Shown here: positions 21,497-33,410 of the stretch, piece by piece | Position numbering within the stretch: position 1 is the first letter of the stretch | How the letters are laid out: each line of letters begins with the position of its first letter | Source: Lama glama | Taxonomy: Eukaryota | Direction of reading: 5' to 3' | Assembly: GCA_028534125.1 (NCBI GenBank) | Contig: CM052817.1 | Coordinates: 54,934,001-54,998,000, forward strand | DNA: 64,000 nt | Made by a program: the position numbers and the translations under genes | Notes under the pieces: generated by a model | Seen by the model: only the letters and a program-made list of their open reading frames with translations | The model's database searches: none | Told to the model about the DNA's origin: nothing

Positions 21497-24400
21497 CAGT
21501 CCTTCCAAAGTCAAAGACTACACTCAGTTATACAGATTTGGGAACACTAAGGCTTACAAGCCATCTGGAAACCATGTTGAAGGCAACTTAACCTGGTTAT
21601 CCCAACTGTTGTATGCCCCATGTGGAAGGAATGTACAGTAACTAACAGCATTTTCTTTCCAGGGGACACACATGTGCACTTAGGACTGTGAATCTTTTAA
21701 AGAAGCCAGGCATTCATTTCTCTGCCCCTCAGGACATGGTAGCTTTTACCCTAGAGGCAGCCATAAGAGGCTCCCAACTGTTAAACACTCTACCAGTACT
21801 CTCTGCAGACTTCTATAGGAACATCTTTGAAAGCAGTCTACCCTTAATTACAAGAGAGCTCCCCAGAAGGATAATCCACTAATTATAAACAATCAGGAAA
21901 TGTTGTCCTCATCTTGGGGGTCATCTAATTAGAAAAGGTAATATGAAATGTTTCCCAGACCTTGGTAAGCTGAGTTCCTGAAAGAAGGATTCTTTACTGG
22001 CTGGCTATCCACTAATACATATTTCCCAAGGTTCACTCTTTGCTTTGCAGACTATATCATCCCTATTTCTTCCATGGAGTCCTCTTATTCTGCCCATCCT
22101 TTCTACTCAGAAACTCAGTAGGTCTGCAAACTTTATGCTCTTTTAATCATGTCTTTTTTCACCTCCTTTTCTGTCTATTCCTATAGCTTCATCTAACACC
22201 TATATGCAACTAATTTCAATAACTACATCTTTATCTTTAACATTTTTCTTCATATCTATCTCATATATCTGTCAGATACTTTATATAAATATCTCATTTA
22301 ATCCTCACACTAATCCTATAAAGTAATTTTTTATCCCCAGAAGGCAAAACTGAGATCTGAAGAGATTCTACAACAAAGTGGCAAAACCTAATTTTGAACC
22401 CATGAGTTAAAGCCTATTTTTTTTCTCCTACTTCCTTACTGTTCTGAATTCAAGAGGCTCTATGACATGGACATAGAATGGTTTTCCAACAATTCCTCAA
22501 TTGACAACCACTGGTTAAATCATACTGAACTACTTACATTTTGGGGTGAAAATTTGTCTTCCACATTTCCTTGCCCTTGTACGTTTTATGTTCATTGTCT
22601 AGAACACTCATTTCTTCCTTATCCTAATAGGATACCTAGTCATGCTTTGGTCCTTTTCTCTCTTCCCCAATCCCGTAACTGCTACCTAGGTAGTGTACCT
22701 TACAGTATGCTCCCATATTAAAGCATTTTTATGTGGTGTTTACATGTTTCTCTCTCCTACTAGATTTTAAACTCACTAAAGATAGGGATCTAATCACAAT
22801 GTAATCTTCATTTAAAGCCTAGACAGCTACAAATCATTTTATTAAATAAATCAAGCAACAATGTTTTTGGCTTGAGGCTTGGTAAATGTGTTAATATATT
22901 TTTATGTGTTATTAACCAAAGCTGTTATTTTTCTTATATATGTTCACTCGGTAATAATGTTTATGCTAAACTCTCCCTAAGTTTTCTTAGCTATTAAAAT
23001 TCTAGAGATACATATAATCATTTACCCCCTCTCTTTCCCCATCTGTTTTGTTATGAACTGAAAAGAGCAGACGTTAAGTCAAGCTAGGATCTGTATCACA
23101 GATACAGACTGGGTTTCAGACAGCTCCACTTCCCCATTGCTTCTGGGTTTCTGGCTTCACAGAAACTAATGCAGAGATTTCATTTCATGTGTAAGAGATC
23201 AGGAGGTCATTATAAGAGTGATAACTAGATTATTTCTTCTGGGCTTGAAGCCAATTATTACTACAGAAAAAATTTTAAAAAGGATGCAGAAAAAGATGCA
23301 GGTTTAACAATTTCATTAGTTTTCTCTTGTTAGCCTTAGTTGCTTCTACTTAGGTATGAATATTTTCTGTTAAAAAACTCCCATGGTGCCAAAACTAAAA
23401 ACTTCATTGGCACAATTGTTTTTTTTCATTTTTAGGAAATTCACTGATGCTATTTCCAAGTGGTTCTTCCTACATTCTGCCCTGGGATAGACATTTGCTC
23501 CTTGGCAGTACTAGAGAAAATATAAACATGGGCTCTTGACACTCAAGGCTTGCATTTGGTCTACTGCATTTCCAATGTTCTTTATCCAGAGTATTTTTAA
23601 CTTAGCCTTCCTAAACATATGACTTTAACAAATATTCTTTCAGATGTGACAGGTATTAAGATCACTCTGGGGAATTCTCTGGACCTTTCTATTATAGTCC
23701 CCAGCTAGCAGATTTTGAAAGCTTCTGCCCGCCCACACATGCTTCTGCTATGGTAACTTCTATTCTAATAATAAGATATAAGAATTTGTATTTCAAAATA
23801 CTGCACTTGAAGTATAAACTTCAAATGGCCATTTTAATAGTAATTGTTAGACTATAACTTATAATACATCTATTGATTTATATGTGTATGTGTATATAAT
23901 CTAGAAAACAGTAAGGAAACTTCACTCTTCAATTTTATTTTTTGAAAAACAATTCTCAGGTTAGTAAGAAAATACTACCTCTAAGAATTGTTTCCTATTC
24001 ATTTATATATTTTGTCTTCAAGGAGTTGAATCTGTTGATGCTATTATTGTAATTCCTGATTGCTAACTCTAAATGTTGTATTTTTAAATAGTACTTTACC
24101 CTGAATATAAGGCTAAATATATATAATGTTTGATTTACAAACATGAAAAAGTGCCTACTTAAATTTTAAAAAGGTTATAATGAAAAGCCAAAAGCTATAA
24201 TAAATTATTTTTTTACTCAAGATTTGATGTGAAAATCAGTTTTTTTTTTTGCTTTGTGTTTTACAGAGAAACTCCTAGTATTACAAGAACATTCTGCATA
24301 TTACTTATGATAATACTATGGCCCTAAAATGTAATTTCCAAAAGGAATAGGATTTTTGTCTGCTTTATTCACTGTTATAGTCTAAAAGGACTAGAAATAA

Positions 24401-26169
24401 TGCTTGATGCATAGTAGACACTCAAAAAATATTTGTTGAAAGAATAATCACTTCTTGACTATCAGATCAATACACATAAAGTTCAGAATATCAACCCCAT
24501 AATTCAGTATGTTCTCTTTTGCTTGTTATTAACCATATAGTCCCCCCAGGAGACAGCAATTACTTAATTTTAATTCAAGGGAAAGAACAAATAAAGAGAC
24601 AGATGACAAAGATTGTCTTTCTGGGAACAACACAATGAAAATGAAAACATTTTTTCAAGATAAGGTAGGTTGATTCTATTATATTTTGGGATAAAGATTA
24701 TTGTTTTTCTGTCTCCTTATTTTTTTCCTACACAAGAAGCAAAACAATGAAGTAGAAAAAAAATTGGAGTAAATATTCAAGTTCTCTTCTGGAATAGCTC
24801 TGAGGGCAGAGGTTGAAAATCCAATCTTAAGGGCAAATCTGGAGAATCCCCTTTGACCAATCACTCTTCTACTGGTCTTCTTGGCTCTGCATTTTCTCCA
24901 TCTGGTAAACCACCCCCTACCACCCTCACACCAACCAAAATGGATCTAGACTTTGCTTAATCCTAGAGTCCTTGAAAACTAGGTTTTAATTTTTAATCCA
25001 TAAAATTGTCCTTAAGATTCAAACCTGTCTAAATGCCAGAAATTCCTCCACTTTGACAAGTCTAAAAATTCTGAGAAAAATTTTAAACAGCTCCTCATTT
25101 AGCTAAGATGACTGAGGATGTCAGTAATCAGGGTATTAAAAAAAAAGTTCTGCAGCTTAACTGATGTTTAGATACCTTTCAAGGTGATTTCACTGACCAC
25201 TCTGAAGAGATTTAAAACAGCTGCTTGGACATCGAGTAAGGGGTTCCATTTCCTTTTAAACAATGAAACTGAAAATTCAGCAAAATCTGCTATCTCCTAC
25301 AGCTTGAAATCTGATCACCTGTCACAAATCATTGTTTCTTTAGCCTAGCAAGTAGTAAAACACCCTGAGGAACCCCATTTTGTAGCTATCTGGCAAAACA
25401 ATTATTAGAATAATGATATTTCATAGGGGGCAATGTATGTGCAAGCGTTTTGTCAACTCTGCAGTGCTGTATGTGTTAGTTGTTTTCACCACCCATAATT
25501 GAAATTGTCATGACTTAAATTGTTTTTGAGGCCGGATGAGAAAGTCTTTATTTAACTCATGCTTCCTTTTGCATTGGCTCAGAAAGTGTATCACAGACAG
25601 TAACTGGGACAGTTTTCGGGAAAGCTTCCTTGTGTTGGCAATGTCTTTATGGCAGATTTCTTCAGATTATAGCTAGTTTCAGAATGTGGCATTTTAGTTG
25701 GTCAAATTAATTATTTGTGAAGGAACGTCACTGTGCAATGTATCATTGAAAACACTGAAGATGATGTAGTTTGCTTTTTCTGCAAATAGTGATTTCTGAA
25801 TATTTTAATATTAATTGAACCTGGAGTTTGTGATGCAAAGTGTTCAGAAACTGGAAGAAAAGAATTGGAGTCTAATGAGCAAATGCTAGAAGGCATGCTC
25901 GTTAGTGCCCATTGGAACTGTAGCCACAAGAGTACAGGTTCTCTGTGTCAGCACTAAGTCACACGCTCACGGCTTGACTTACAAAAGGCCAGAAACACAG
26001 AATCCTCTCCCTAGTCGTTCTTACTTCACTTGTTATGTGTGTGCATGTGTGTGTACACTCAGAAGTAGTCATTTAGTATTTTGTATATACAATGACATTT
26101 TTGGACGCAAAAAAATCTGCTTGAGGGGTATCAGCTGTTGAGATTTTCCCACCCAGCCCCTCATTCCCC

Positions 26170-26420
26170 ACTTAATCAATTTGTTTTACTGTAAATTTCT
26201 GCTCTTTAAGCAGCTACTAATGAGAGGCGATCCCCCAGCAGGGAATACAGGCGGATCAGGAGGAAACCCTGCTCGATGTGATCCTCTCCAACAGACATCT
26301 GCTTAAATCACTTAGCTCTGGGAATCTCTGCTGCCTGACAGCAGCAGAGGGAACATCAGCCTAGGGGATAAGCAGATGCCATAATCTCAACATCTGTAAA
26401 GAAAGTGATGTTTGGCAGTT
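26170..26420. promoter_or_regulatory. Candidate conserved non-coding element
   Basis: Unique, GC-elevated block with retained CpGs and three CATCTG/CAGATG E-boxes. Confidence 0.3.
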
Positions 26421-26482
26421 ATACTCCAGGTATACACACTAATGTATTTAATATGATCTCATTTTTATGCTAATTTTGAAAA

Positions 26483-26500
26483 TACACACACACACACACA
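26483..26500. repeat. (CA)n microsatellite
   Basis: About 8 CA units. Confidence 0.85.
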
Positions 26501-26820
26501 TAACCTTGATCTTTCCTAGAATAGTTGTATAAAAAGATTTCTTCTTTCAAAATTAGTCTGAAATGTTAAATTTGCATGTTGCATTAGAAGGCAGCATAAA
26601 TTATGGGAGCAAGCCAAGCTTTTTGTCCAGTATGAAATAATTTTCCCTCAAATATATACTGTCAAGGGTGTGCTGTACACTTTGGTAAACTCATCTTAAA
26701 GGTCTGTAAAGATTACATCAATTACCTGAGAGTCTGCCCTGCGCTTTGAGAATACAATACTCAAATGAAGGACCCGGTCTTTGTAAGGCAGGATTTTCTG
26801 TTAGTTTCTACAGGAGATAC

Positions 26821-27164
26821 TGCCCTAGTCCATTCAGACTGCTCTATCAGAATGCTAAAGACCATGTGGCTTATCAACTGAAATTCATTTCTCACAGCTC
26901 TGTAGGCTGGGAAGGCCAAGATCTAGATGCTGGCAGATTTGGGGTCTGCTAAGGGCCTGCTCCCTGGTTCACAGCCATTTTTTCACTATGTCCCCATATG
27001 AAGGGACAAGAAAGCTCTCTGCTGTCTCTTTTATAAGGACACTATTCTTGGTCATTATAACCTAGTCACCTCCTAGAAGGCTCTGCCTCCAAATACCATC
27101 ACATTGCGGATTAGGTTTCAACAGATGAATTGAGGGGCAGAGCATAAAATTTCAGTCTATAGCA
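26821..27164 (-). mobile_element. MaLR solo LTR (MLT1A-like)
   Basis: 'tagtccattcagactgct...atttctcacagctctgtaggctgggaag...ttcagtctatagca'. Confidence 0.85.
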
Positions 27165-27199
27165 TCTATTAAAAAGACAAGCTTCCAGCCAAAATTTAG

Positions 27200-27410
27200 G
27201 CCATCACAACCTGCTCCATGACACCATCAAGGAACCAGTCTCCTTCCCTCCTGTTCTACCATCTTTGGCATGGCTGCTGCAGTTCCAGGCACAGTGCAGA
27301 AAGCTCAGGCTTAGAGGAAGAGGCAGAAGCAGCAGAACTGTTTCACTGTCCAGGACTTGGATACATGACCAACAGGGAAGTAGTGAAATTGAGTTTTGGC
27401 TTTTATAACC
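27200..27410 (-). mobile_element. Old LTR fragment (ERVL/MaLR class)
   Basis: 'catcaaggaaccag...atggctgctgcagttccaggcac' core motif. Confidence 0.45.
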
Positions 27411-28479
27411 TCTGACAGTACATGTGGGCGAACCTCTATCTTTCACAAGTCACAATTCCTTTGTTCTCTTTGCTATTTTAGAGCCTGACTCCTCTAGAAA
27501 GCAAGTATTTGTCATTTAGTAGAAATGCCCCAGTAAAAGTTGAAGAAACACTGAAAAATGGCACACATACCATAATTTCGAAATTTGACATATGTTTATA
27601 ATTTATGAAAATATAACGTATTTGAGGGACAAAAAGAAAGAAATGAGCCTGTAATGACAGAAGTGTTTATCACAGTGGAACACAGACAGGATCTGTCTCT
27701 GACCCGGGGCCATCTATCCTACAGTGCAGGCGTGCCATTCTGTGTCCTTTCTCAGGCAAAGCTCCAACTGCAGTCTAGGGACACTTAAGTGCACGCAAGC
27801 CAACGAGTTTTATATTCACAAGAACCAGAGAACAAGACTCATTAATGTACTTACAAGGTCTAAAAAGGAGCCAACGATGTGTCTCTTATTTCCCCACTGA
27901 GAAATTCATCAGCTTTCTTTGTTCAAGAGCTCAATCGCCAAAAACCTTTTCTGTCTATTCCTGAATGTTACTCAGTAGTGATCAAAGAATAACAGTTGGA
28001 AACATTTTCCTAAAATATTTATCCTGTCAATTATTATTGTCAGAGGCTTTAGACATTTCTTTGCTCCTGTGTTACTTTTTTAGCATGGTATATTTTTATA
28101 GTAAGCTACGTCTGAGAAGGCCAACAACATTTAAGAACAAAGATTTTTAAAGCTAGAATAAACTTTAAGACAAGTTTTTCCAGCTTTCCTGTCTTCAGGC
28201 AGGCAAGTTTATACTACATTCATTTTAAGGAGGTTATCCTAAATCCAGCATGACTTTAATCAGCGGTTTATGGGAAAGAAGTTCAAAATAGTGATGAGAG
28301 GAGGAGACAGTACTCAGGTCAGGCAGTCAAATCACCAAAGAGCTAGCTACCTAGTTATCCAGGCAGGGCTTAAGAGGCAGAGAGTTTACAAGTCTTCTTT
28401 AAGGAAGGATGTCGCCTGTAAGGCCTGACAACAGATGAACTGCCATTGTGTTGTTGCATGAATCGTCAATGACTGTATG

Positions 28480-28530
28480 GAAAGAAGGAAGGAAGGAAGA
28501 AGGTAGGACAGTAGGAAGGGAAGGAGAGGA
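28480..28530. repeat. (GGAA)n-like purine-rich repeat
   Basis: gaaagaaggaaggaaggaagaaggtaggacagtaggaagggaaggagagga. Confidence 0.75.
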
Positions 28531-29069
28531 ACTCCAACCAGCAATAGCGTTCAAGAGCAGATCCTCATTCCAAGTGCCAACAACAAACCATTGCTGAGAG
28601 TTTATGTAACTGGAGCGCAGACAGGCAGCAATAAGACAAGGACCGAGTTCCTCAGACTGTTCATTTGCTCTTAGCCAGAGGCAGTTTAAGACTCCTACTC
28701 AGAAGAGTGATAAAGAGACATGTTCCCTGTTCTAATTCACAGCACCAGTTCTAATCAATGAATCTCTGTCTTGTTCCTTGGTTCCTACCTAGAAACAGGA
28801 AATTATGAATCTGGTCCAATTTCTAAAACAAGAATTTTCAAGAATCATTTTATCTGAAAAATGATGCAAGGATGTTAGAAGGGGATACAAGGGTAAAAGA
28901 CTATTGGAAACCCACTAATGATTCTGCTGTAAAGCCCAAGTCAAGAAGACTGGGCCAGACTGGGGCTTGGCTATGGCAGTAAGGAGAAACGCTCCAAAAA
29001 ATCACTTTAGCTCAAATCTGGATTATCAGTATACTTGGCTTGACTCAGTCACCTGAGACTCTTTTTCAG

Positions 29070-31545
29070 TTTTTTTTTCAAATTGTCTAATGCACAAAGT
29101 TTTAAAATTCAAAAAGTTTTATAGGGTAATAAGAGCAATACAAAGCAGCACCTGCCCTGATAGGCGCTTCTTATTCTTGCTTCACAGAGGCAGCTATTTG
29201 AAGCATTTATCCTAGTAATCACCTCCATATTTCTAAATCAAATGCTCATGTAATACTGTGAGTTTGCAATATTAGTTTTAGATACTATCTCTGTCCTTCC
29301 TACTAAAGATGAGGATGTTGCTTCCTACCTGACCAGCACTTCTCCTCACATGCATTTGCCTTTTTCCTGCCCTCCCAATATAGTTAGTACATTAGAGTTC
29401 GTATTCCATGTGTACATTATAATCTCCATGTAATTATTGTTCATAATTGAACCCTTTGGTATACAAATATTGCATTTCTTTTCTTATGCAACTTTTATTT
29501 TTTGCTGAAGGTGAAGACTGCCCAATTTTTCATTTGTTTCATTTTCTGTACTTTTATGAAGTCACCCTTACACTCAGAGGTGTAAATCTTCCTTCAACAT
29601 TTTTTTAATGTTCATTTTCACATTAGTTTCACTTCTGGGTATCACTCTTTATTAGAGCCTTGTGTCCCCACTCCAGTAAGCCCTGGATTTTCTCTGATCC
29701 TTTCACTATCACCTCCAGGATTCCCATCACCTCCGTCCTGAGTTAAACCTCTGGTGTTCTCAGTTCCATACCATCTTCTTTCTTGATTACCTCACCTAAT
29801 TTGGTGGAACGTATCTTCAGTATGTTCTTGAGAATAAATGGATGGAAGGTAAATACTTTGAGACCTTACATTACTAAAAATTCTCTCCTCCATTCTTGAA
29901 TGATACGGTGACTGGATATAAAATTCTAGTTTGGGAATTAATTCCCCTTAGAATTGTCAAGGCATTACTTAGCTGCCTTCTGGTGTCCAGGGTTGCTTTT
30001 GTGAAGGATAACACAGTTTGGCTGCTTTCTATTTTGATTTCTTTTTCTTTCTTTTTAATTGGAGACTTCTTTCTGTGGAAACTCAGGTTCTTAATCTATG
30101 TTTTGTGTTTTGAAATTTCACTATGATGTACTTTGGGGAAGATTCTTCTTCATCATTTGATATGTTAGTTTGCTAAGGCTGTCATGAAAAAATACCACAG
30201 ACTGGCTGGCTGAAACAAGAGTTGTGTTTTCCTCACAGCTCTGGAGCCTGGAAGTCCAAGACCAAGGTGTCAGCAGGTTTAGTTCCTTCTGAGGTCTCTC
30301 TCCTTGGGTTGCAGACGGCTGCCTTTCACATGTGTCCTCACAGGGTGTCTGCTCTGTAAGTGTACCCCTGGGATTTTTGTGTCTCCAAATTTCCTCTTAC
30401 GGATACACCAGTCAGATTAGGGCCCATGCTAATGACCTCATTTTAACCTAATCACTTTTTGAAAAGCTCTATCATCAAATACAGTTACAATCTGAGGTAT
30501 AGTATTTTAGGGTTTCAACATATAAATTTGGGGGTTGTGATGCAGATCATAGCACTTGGGGTGATCCCTTTAGTTCTGAGATATTCCCTTGGATTATTTT
30601 GATAGTTTATGCTCCAGCTGTTTTGTCTATTTTCTGAGATTCTTTATTACAAGGATGCTGGAATTCTTAACTGATCTTCTAATTCCCTAATATTTCCTTT
30701 TCAATTTTCCTCTTTGTATTCTTATTCTTCTTTCTAGTAGTGCTCTTCAGCTTTATTTTTTCATATTAATTTGATTCTCATACTATACTTTTACTTTTTA
30801 GGAGATGCTTTGTATTATCTGTATGTTCTATTTTTGTGAACTTGTTCTGTTTTATTTAATCATTTCCCTTATCCCTGCAATATCACAAAACTTTAGGTTT
30901 TTTAGAAGAACATTTTCACCTGTTGTTTGCATTCTCCCTTTTTCTTTCCTATCTTATATCTTAGAGTTTTTGCTCAGATGCGTGGTGATCTTTGGCTGTC
31001 CATTCATATTTAAGAGTGAGGCAATTTAACAGCTGATTGGATACCATTGTCTAAGGTGAGTCTTACCTGTTGGTCAGCTTCACCAGTGGATGCCCGTTTG
31101 TTGGGAAAGCCGAGGCTGCTAATATTCATACATTATTTCTTTGAGGCTTATTTTCCCTGGTGACAAATTCTTCAATTTCTTGTCTCTGGGGATCTAAACT
31201 CATATGTCAGCATTCCCAGGATATCATGGAATTGGCAACTAGATACAGCTGAGTAGCTAGACTTGAATTTCATCTCTCTCCTCCGAGCCTCGGACTCCTG
31301 CACTCAGTTCTTCCTGGTGTTCTTCAGTCCAGACTTTCCAGGGTTCAATCTCTTTAGAATAAACTCCATTCTCCTGGAGGTTTATGAAACTTGATCTGGG
31401 AGATTGTTTCATGCAAAGATCTTTAACCAATCCTACTTTTTCCCCCCCTGTTATGTTGTGTCTTATTAATCTTCTCATGTCATTTTAATGAGGTTTAATG
31501 AAGGAATGGAGGAAAATATGGGTATTTAATCCACCACAGTTAATG
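29070..31545 (-). mobile_element. Ancient L1M/HAL1-like element (ORF1 region), interrupted by MLT1B
   Basis: T-rich tract with 'cttgaatgatacggtgactggatataaaattctagtttgggaa...ttagaattgtcaaggcattac', the antisense L1/HAL1 ORF1 C-terminal signature. Boundaries approximate. Confidence 0.6.
30161..30554 (-). mobile_element. MaLR solo LTR (MLT1B-like)
   Basis: 'ttagtttgctaaggctg...aaataccacagactgg...ctggaagtccaagaccaaggtgtcagcagg...taatgacctcattttaac'. Confidence 0.88.
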
Positions 31546-31586
31546 AGGATTCTTTACTCAGGCCCTGAGTAAATCTAGAATCACAA

Positions 31587-31772
31587 AAGTGATTCTCAAC
31601 CAGGGACACCTGACAATGTCTGGAGATAGCTTAGGTTGTCACAGCTAAGGGTGCTGTATATCTAGTGAGTAGAGATCAGGGATGGTAAACAGCCTACAAT
31701 GCACTAGATGTCCTGCACAAAACGATCACTCAGCCCCAGTGTCTTTAGTTCTGTGGCTGAGAAAACCTCTTC
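31587..31772 (+). mobile_element. MER20 (hAT-Charlie) DNA transposon
   Basis: 'gtgattctcaacc...gacaatgtctggaga...ggttgtcacag...tctagtgagtagaga...ggctgagaaa'; tctaga on both flanks, in line with the hAT target preference. Confidence 0.8.
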
Positions 31773-32479
31773 TAGAGGGAGTTTAAAACTTTTCCTATGG
31801 GTGTGGTTTAACATTTTTAAGAAATGTAATATATTTGAATATGAGGAACAAATTAGATATTAAGCTTGCAGCAACCAAAGGAAATACTTTAACAAGAAAG
31901 AAAAATATCTCCACTTTGATCATTTGTTTAAAACACTGTAATATTTAAACTAACATTTATGCTGAGATAAAAATTTTAATGCAAAAAGTTTAAAGAAAAA
32001 TGTGTACATGTTTTTCTTATCATATTTAGGAAAGTGAATCTACCATGGTGGTTCTCATCTGTGCACACTTTCCTTTAAAACTAAAATTATTCTCATTTTA
32101 AGAGGCAATTTTTTTTTACTTTATATATCTGTGGTGATTTATTTCTTGTCCTTTTAATAATGTTTATATAACATCTGTGTAGCAGTGGGTCATCTGTCTT
32201 AATTCCTTTCACCTTCCACTTAGTTTTCAGTGACTTTCCTTGCATACATAGTATCTGAGTAACTGATTCTTACAGCCATATTAAAATATTGATAACCTCC
32301 AAATGAGCTTTTAAAGGTGAATTAAAATAATTAAAACATTTTTCTGACATACTACTATGAAAACTAAGGACTTTGATAAGTTTAATAAAGAGTGTGGAAT
32401 AACAGAAAAGTCCAAATGAATAATATATACAATTTTTTAAAATACACAATGCTGCATTTTATGTGGCTATAACAATGAT

Positions 32480-32720
32480 ATCCAGCTGATGTTTACTGAA
32501 AAGTTACTATGCACAAGGCATATTACATGTAATTATTTAATGTAAATTAATTGCACTATTTAATCTAATCTATGTGGTTGGTACCATTTCAATAATGAAG
32601 AAATAAAGGCATAGAAAGAATCAGTACATTGCAAGAGGTCATACAACTTTAATAGGAAAGTCAGGACTTAAACCCAAGGCATTTAATTCAGGTGACTATG
32701 TTCTTAACCACTCTGCTACT
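32480..32720 (-). mobile_element. MIR SINE
   Basis: 'tttactgaaaagttactatg...atgaagaaataaaggcatagaaag...ggtcatacaac...aggacttaaacccaagg...ttcttaaccactctgcta'. Confidence 0.7.
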
Positions 32721-33214
32721 ATCTGGCTGAAGAGCTTTATAAATGCATTGGTGCATGGAATAAAACTTTTGAGAAGAAATACAACCAAAAGCTGGTCTTG
32801 TTTGTTTTACTCTATTTATGTTATTCTTAAGTATTTCATATTTTTTATTATGAAAACTTACATAATTTATCCCAATGATAAATTAAAATTTGCTGTCACC
32901 TGTTTACTCTAAAATATGTATGTAATACAATTATCTGCACAAATACTTTTTTCTGTATAAACTTATATTCAGGTATCTGCATGAACTGCTTGTAGATATA
33001 AATTTATAGATATGGACTTTTAATTAGTTAGGACTTATTTATCATTAGGATAATCATACTATTTTGATATTAACTAATCTCTAGCTATTAAAAATTATAT
33101 AACTCTTTCTTTCTCATAATGGCCAGTGTGGAAAGTTTACAACTATATTTCTTATCCTCTTTCATGCTAAAAACCCAATGTTCTTGGGCTGTTTCTCCAT
33201 TTGTCACAGTATTG

Positions 33215-33410
33215 TACAAAGCCAAGAACTCTGGGGCATCAGACGTATCCAATGCTCAGCGTAAGAACTGCACTTCCTAGCTCTATAATCTTTGGCAAGT
33301 TTCTTAATGTCTCTGAACTTCAACTTTTCTCACTTTCAACATGAGATTAATACCTAACGCACAGTGTTGTGCAGAGACTAAATTAAATAGAATACATAAA
33401 AGACTCCGTG
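33215..33410 (+). mobile_element. MIR SINE
   Basis: 'cacttcctagctctataatctttggcaagtttcttaatgtctctgaacttcaac'. Confidence 0.75.
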
